Below the pieces are notes generated by a model. That model saw only the letters and a list, made by a program, of their open reading frames with translations. It did no database searches and was not told the origin of the DNA. A program made the translations under genes and the position numbers. Positions 61,900 through 64,000 of a DNA stretch of 64,000 bases are shown here, piece by piece; within the stretch, counting starts at the first letter, position 1; the number at the start of each line of letters is the position of its first letter. Origin of the DNA: an uncultured Actinomycetota bacterium (GTDB taxonomy: Bacteria > Actinomycetota > Actinomycetes > Propionibacteriales > Propionibacteriaceae); contig CAWCVF010000017.1 of the NCBI GenBank assembly GCA_963798835.1, forward strand, positions 11,854 through 75,853. Reading direction: 5' to 3'.

Positions 61900-63030
61900 G
61901 TGCGCGAGTACTTGTTAGTCCTCTGCATTGCGGCGGCAGTGACCTATTTGCTGAGCGGCGTATGTCGTCGCTTGGCGTTGCGGACAGGCGCACTGGCCAG
62001 GGTTCGTGATCGCGATGTGCACACCATCGAGATGCCGTATTTCGGTGGCGTCGCCATGTTGGCAGGCGTTGCGGCAGCGATCTTGATCTCCTGGCAGCTT
62101 CCGTTCTTGGGCCGGCTCGTGACTGTGCAGCAAGACTCCAGGGCGGTGTTGGTCGCCGCGGTGGTGATCTGTTTTGTGGGCGTGCTCGATGATGTTTTCG
62201 AACTGCCGCCGCTGACCAAGTTCGCCGGTCAGGTTTTTGCGGCAGGCATTGCCGTCGCACTGGGCGTCAAGATGCTCTGGATTCCATTGCCGAATCAGAT
62301 CGTCTCCCTCGACGGCACGACGTCGGTCGCGATCACGGTGTTCTTCATCGTGCTCTGCTCAAACGCTGTCAACTTCGTCGACGGCCTGGACGGCTTGGCC
62401 ACTGGGGTGGTCGGTATCGGGGCTCTGGCCTTCTTCGCCTACTCCTACTCGCTCACGGTCCACGAGCACCTAACCAGAGCGACGACCTCGAGTCTGGTCA
62501 CTGTCGCGATCGCCGGCGCATGCCTGGGTTTCCTGCCGCACAACTTCTTTCCGGCACGGATGTTCATGGGCGACTCTGGCGCGATGCTGCTCGGCCTGCT
62601 GCTGGCCACGTCGACTATCAGCCTGACCGGACAGATCGATGTCTCCCAGCTCGAAGACAGCCGTGGGGGATTGGTGCCGACGGTCCTGCCGCTGGTGTTG
62701 CCACTGGCCATTCTTGCCCTGCCGTTCCTCGATCTCACGCTTGCCTTCATTCGTCGCACCTACGCCGGCAAGTGGTGGTTCCTGCCCGACAAACAGCACC
62801 TGCATCACCGGCTCCTGGAACGCGGCCACAGCCAACGCCGCGCGGTACTGCTGATGTACGTCTGGTCAGCACTGGTCTCGTTCGGAGTGATCATCTTGAG
62901 CCTCGTCCAAACCGAACGCCAGTGGACCGTGGTAGCCGTCGTCGCTGGCCTCGCTCTGGTCTTACTGGTGGTCACGTTGGGCCGCCCTCTGCGCACTAGA
63001 AACCAAGTACGTCGGGGCGAGGCAATCTGA
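61900..63030 (+). CDS. wecA: MraY/WecA-family polyprenyl-phosphate N-acetylhexosamine-1-phosphate transferase
   Basis: About 11 TM helices. Motifs GVLDDVFELP, NAVNFVDGLDGLA and MGDSGAMLLG. Confidence 0.85.
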   Translation: MREYLLVLCIAAAVTYLLSGVCRRLALRTGALARVRDRDVHTIEMPYFGGVAMLAGVAAAILISWQLPFLGRLVTVQQDSRAVLVAAVVICFVGVLDDVFELPPLTKFAGQVFAAGIAVALGVKMLWIPLPNQIVSLDGTTSVAITVFFIVLCSNAVNFVDGLDGLATGVVGIGALAFFAYSYSLTVHEHLTRATTSSLVTVAIAGACLGFLPHNFFPARMFMGDSGAMLLGLLLATSTISLTGQIDVSQLEDSRGGLVPTVLPLVLPLAILALPFLDLTLAFIRRTYAGKWWFLPDKQHLHHRLLERGHSQRRAVLLMYVWSALVSFGVIILSLVQTERQWTVVAVVAGLALVLLVVTLGRPLRTRNQVRRGEAI

Positions 63031-63152
63031 TTGCCTCACTCGCCAGGCTCGCTCGGCGCGGATCGCGCTCTGTGCCCGCCTACTTCGTCGTCGCTCGCAG
63101 ACGATAAAGCGTGTCTGCTCACTCCTCCTCAGCACGGCGGAGCGCGATCCGG
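63021..63152 (-). repeat. Repeat family 3 copy (core plus tail), inverted orientation, overlapping the wecA stop
   Basis: The reverse complement reads CCGGATCGCGCTCCGCCGTGCTGAGGAGGAGTGAGCAGACACGCTTTATCGTCTGCGAGCGACGACGAAGTAGGCGGGCACAGAGCGCGATCCGCGCCGAGCGAGCCTGGCGAGTGAGGCAATCAGATTGCC. The tail covers the last 3 codons and the TGA of wecA. Confidence 0.9.
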
Positions 63153-63302
63153 AGTTACTCCCACTGTCGCACTGGACAGCAATTGCTTCAGCCTGTGTTA
63201 GCGTGCACCCACGCAGCCCTGCGACGGTTCGCGCTATGTGAACCGGCCTCACATTCGATCAAGATCCAGCTTCGACACCGGCACTGAAGGACTGCAGTCG
63301 CA

Positions 63303-63800
63303 ATGACCGTTGACAGCAAACCGGAGCATCAGGCGACCCCTGCCGATGGCCCGAGCATTCACGTCATTCGAGCGCGCAAACTGCTGCTTGGTGGGGCGAT
63401 CGGCGGAGTTACAACGGCGATCTTGTGCATGATCGGTTTCGCGATCGGCTACGGTACGCCAGGTTTGATCTCCGCGGCGCTGGCTGCCGCCATGGTGTTG
63501 TTTTTCTACGGAGTTGGGCAGTACGTGATGGTGCTGTTCGCCGATGCTGGTGCGCGGACTTTGCTCATGGTGTCGTTGTGCAGCTACACCGCGCGGGTCG
63601 TGAGCCTGGGGCTGGTGCTCGTGCTGTACAACAGTCACCGCGAAGCATGGCCGACGTTGATCCCGATCGTCATCTTTGTGACAACGATCATCGTCGTCGC
63701 GGGCTGGTTGATCGTTGAGGTATTTGTCTTTTCTCGGTTACGAATCGGCGTCTACGACACGGAGTACGTGCCGCCCGGCGAAGGTGTCTTGGAGCCGTGA
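63303..63800 (+). CDS. four-TM membrane protein upstream of the atp operon (AtpI-like position)
   Basis: 165-aa ORF with regular TM periodicity, positioned between wecA and the AtpZ/AtpI-like gene as in other actinobacteria. Confidence 0.5.
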   Translation: MTVDSKPEHQATPADGPSIHVIRARKLLLGGAIGGVTTAILCMIGFAIGYGTPGLISAALAAAMVLFFYGVGQYVMVLFADAGARTLLMVSLCSYTARVVSLGLVLVLYNSHREAWPTLIPIVIFVTTIIVVAGWLIVEVFVFSRLRIGVYDTEYVPPGEGVLEP

Positions 63801-63835
63801 CCGGTGCCACAATCACTGCTAGCGTGTGTCACGCC

Positions 63836-64000
63836 ATGAAGGAACACCCCGAGGCGGCTTCTGACCGGCCAAAATCGCAAGGAGGCGGGAAATCGGACGG
63901 CATGGATTTGGGACTGCGGGTGCTCTCATACCTGATCTCCGGCGTCGCTATTTACGGACTACTGGGATGGCTGGGCGATCACTACCTCGGGACCAGGTTC
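63836..64000 (+). CDS. AtpZ/AtpI-family small membrane protein (partial, runs off window)
   Basis: ATG 63836. Basic N-terminus, then LGLRVLSYLISGVAIYGLLGWLGDHYLGT, typical of AtpZ/AtpI. Confidence 0.5.
   Translation, partial: MKEHPEAASDRPKSQGGGKSDGMDLGLRVLSYLISGVAIYGLLGWLGDHYLGTRF

Overview
High-GC actinobacterial chromosome segment. Gene order resembles Mycobacterium/Propionibacteriales-type core regions. Most of the window is conserved housekeeping synteny. On the left and centre: cls, tspO, initiator tRNA, serA, a CoxG-XdhC-MocA cluster, hisN-rsgA-aroA, sigH-rshA-bL37-pdtaS-whiB1, a polar amino-acid ABC transporter, galK and kgd. On the right: lysA-hom-thrC-thrB-rho-rpmE-prfA-prmC-tsaC-wecA and the start of the atp operon. 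There are two accessory patches. (i) About 4.4-7.9 kb, next to the initiator tRNA, is gene-poor and carries an excisionase-like HTH gene, a CPA1 antiporter and a DUF4236 ORF. (ii) About 40.6-50.9 kb is a decayed mosaic island anchored at tRNA-Arg(CCG). It carries HigBA, an XRE regulator with a truncated DUF6036 gene, Lsr2 and three tandem micro-membrane ORFs. It also has two tyrosine-integrase fragments bracketing a 6.2-kb block, which holds a PASTA Ser/Thr kinase, a MEDS/RsbA-like anti-sigma protein, an HPF/RaiA-like protein, a terminase fragment and an RGCVC-type protein. Three interspersed intergenic repeat families are visible; one is a ~93-130 nt MITE/REP-like element showing a compensatory stem change between copies. 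Two sub-60-aa genes missing from the ORF track were recovered (bL37, DUF6104-like), plus an excisionase-like ORF. One clear frameshifted gene (EEP family) is present. No CRISPR array and no rRNA were seen. I did not find a complete, convincingly novel multi-gene system. The best candidate for follow-up is the kinase/MEDS-anti-sigma/HPF block between the integrase fragments, together with the adjacent micro-ORF cluster. All functional calls rest on motif recognition by eye, not on searches.
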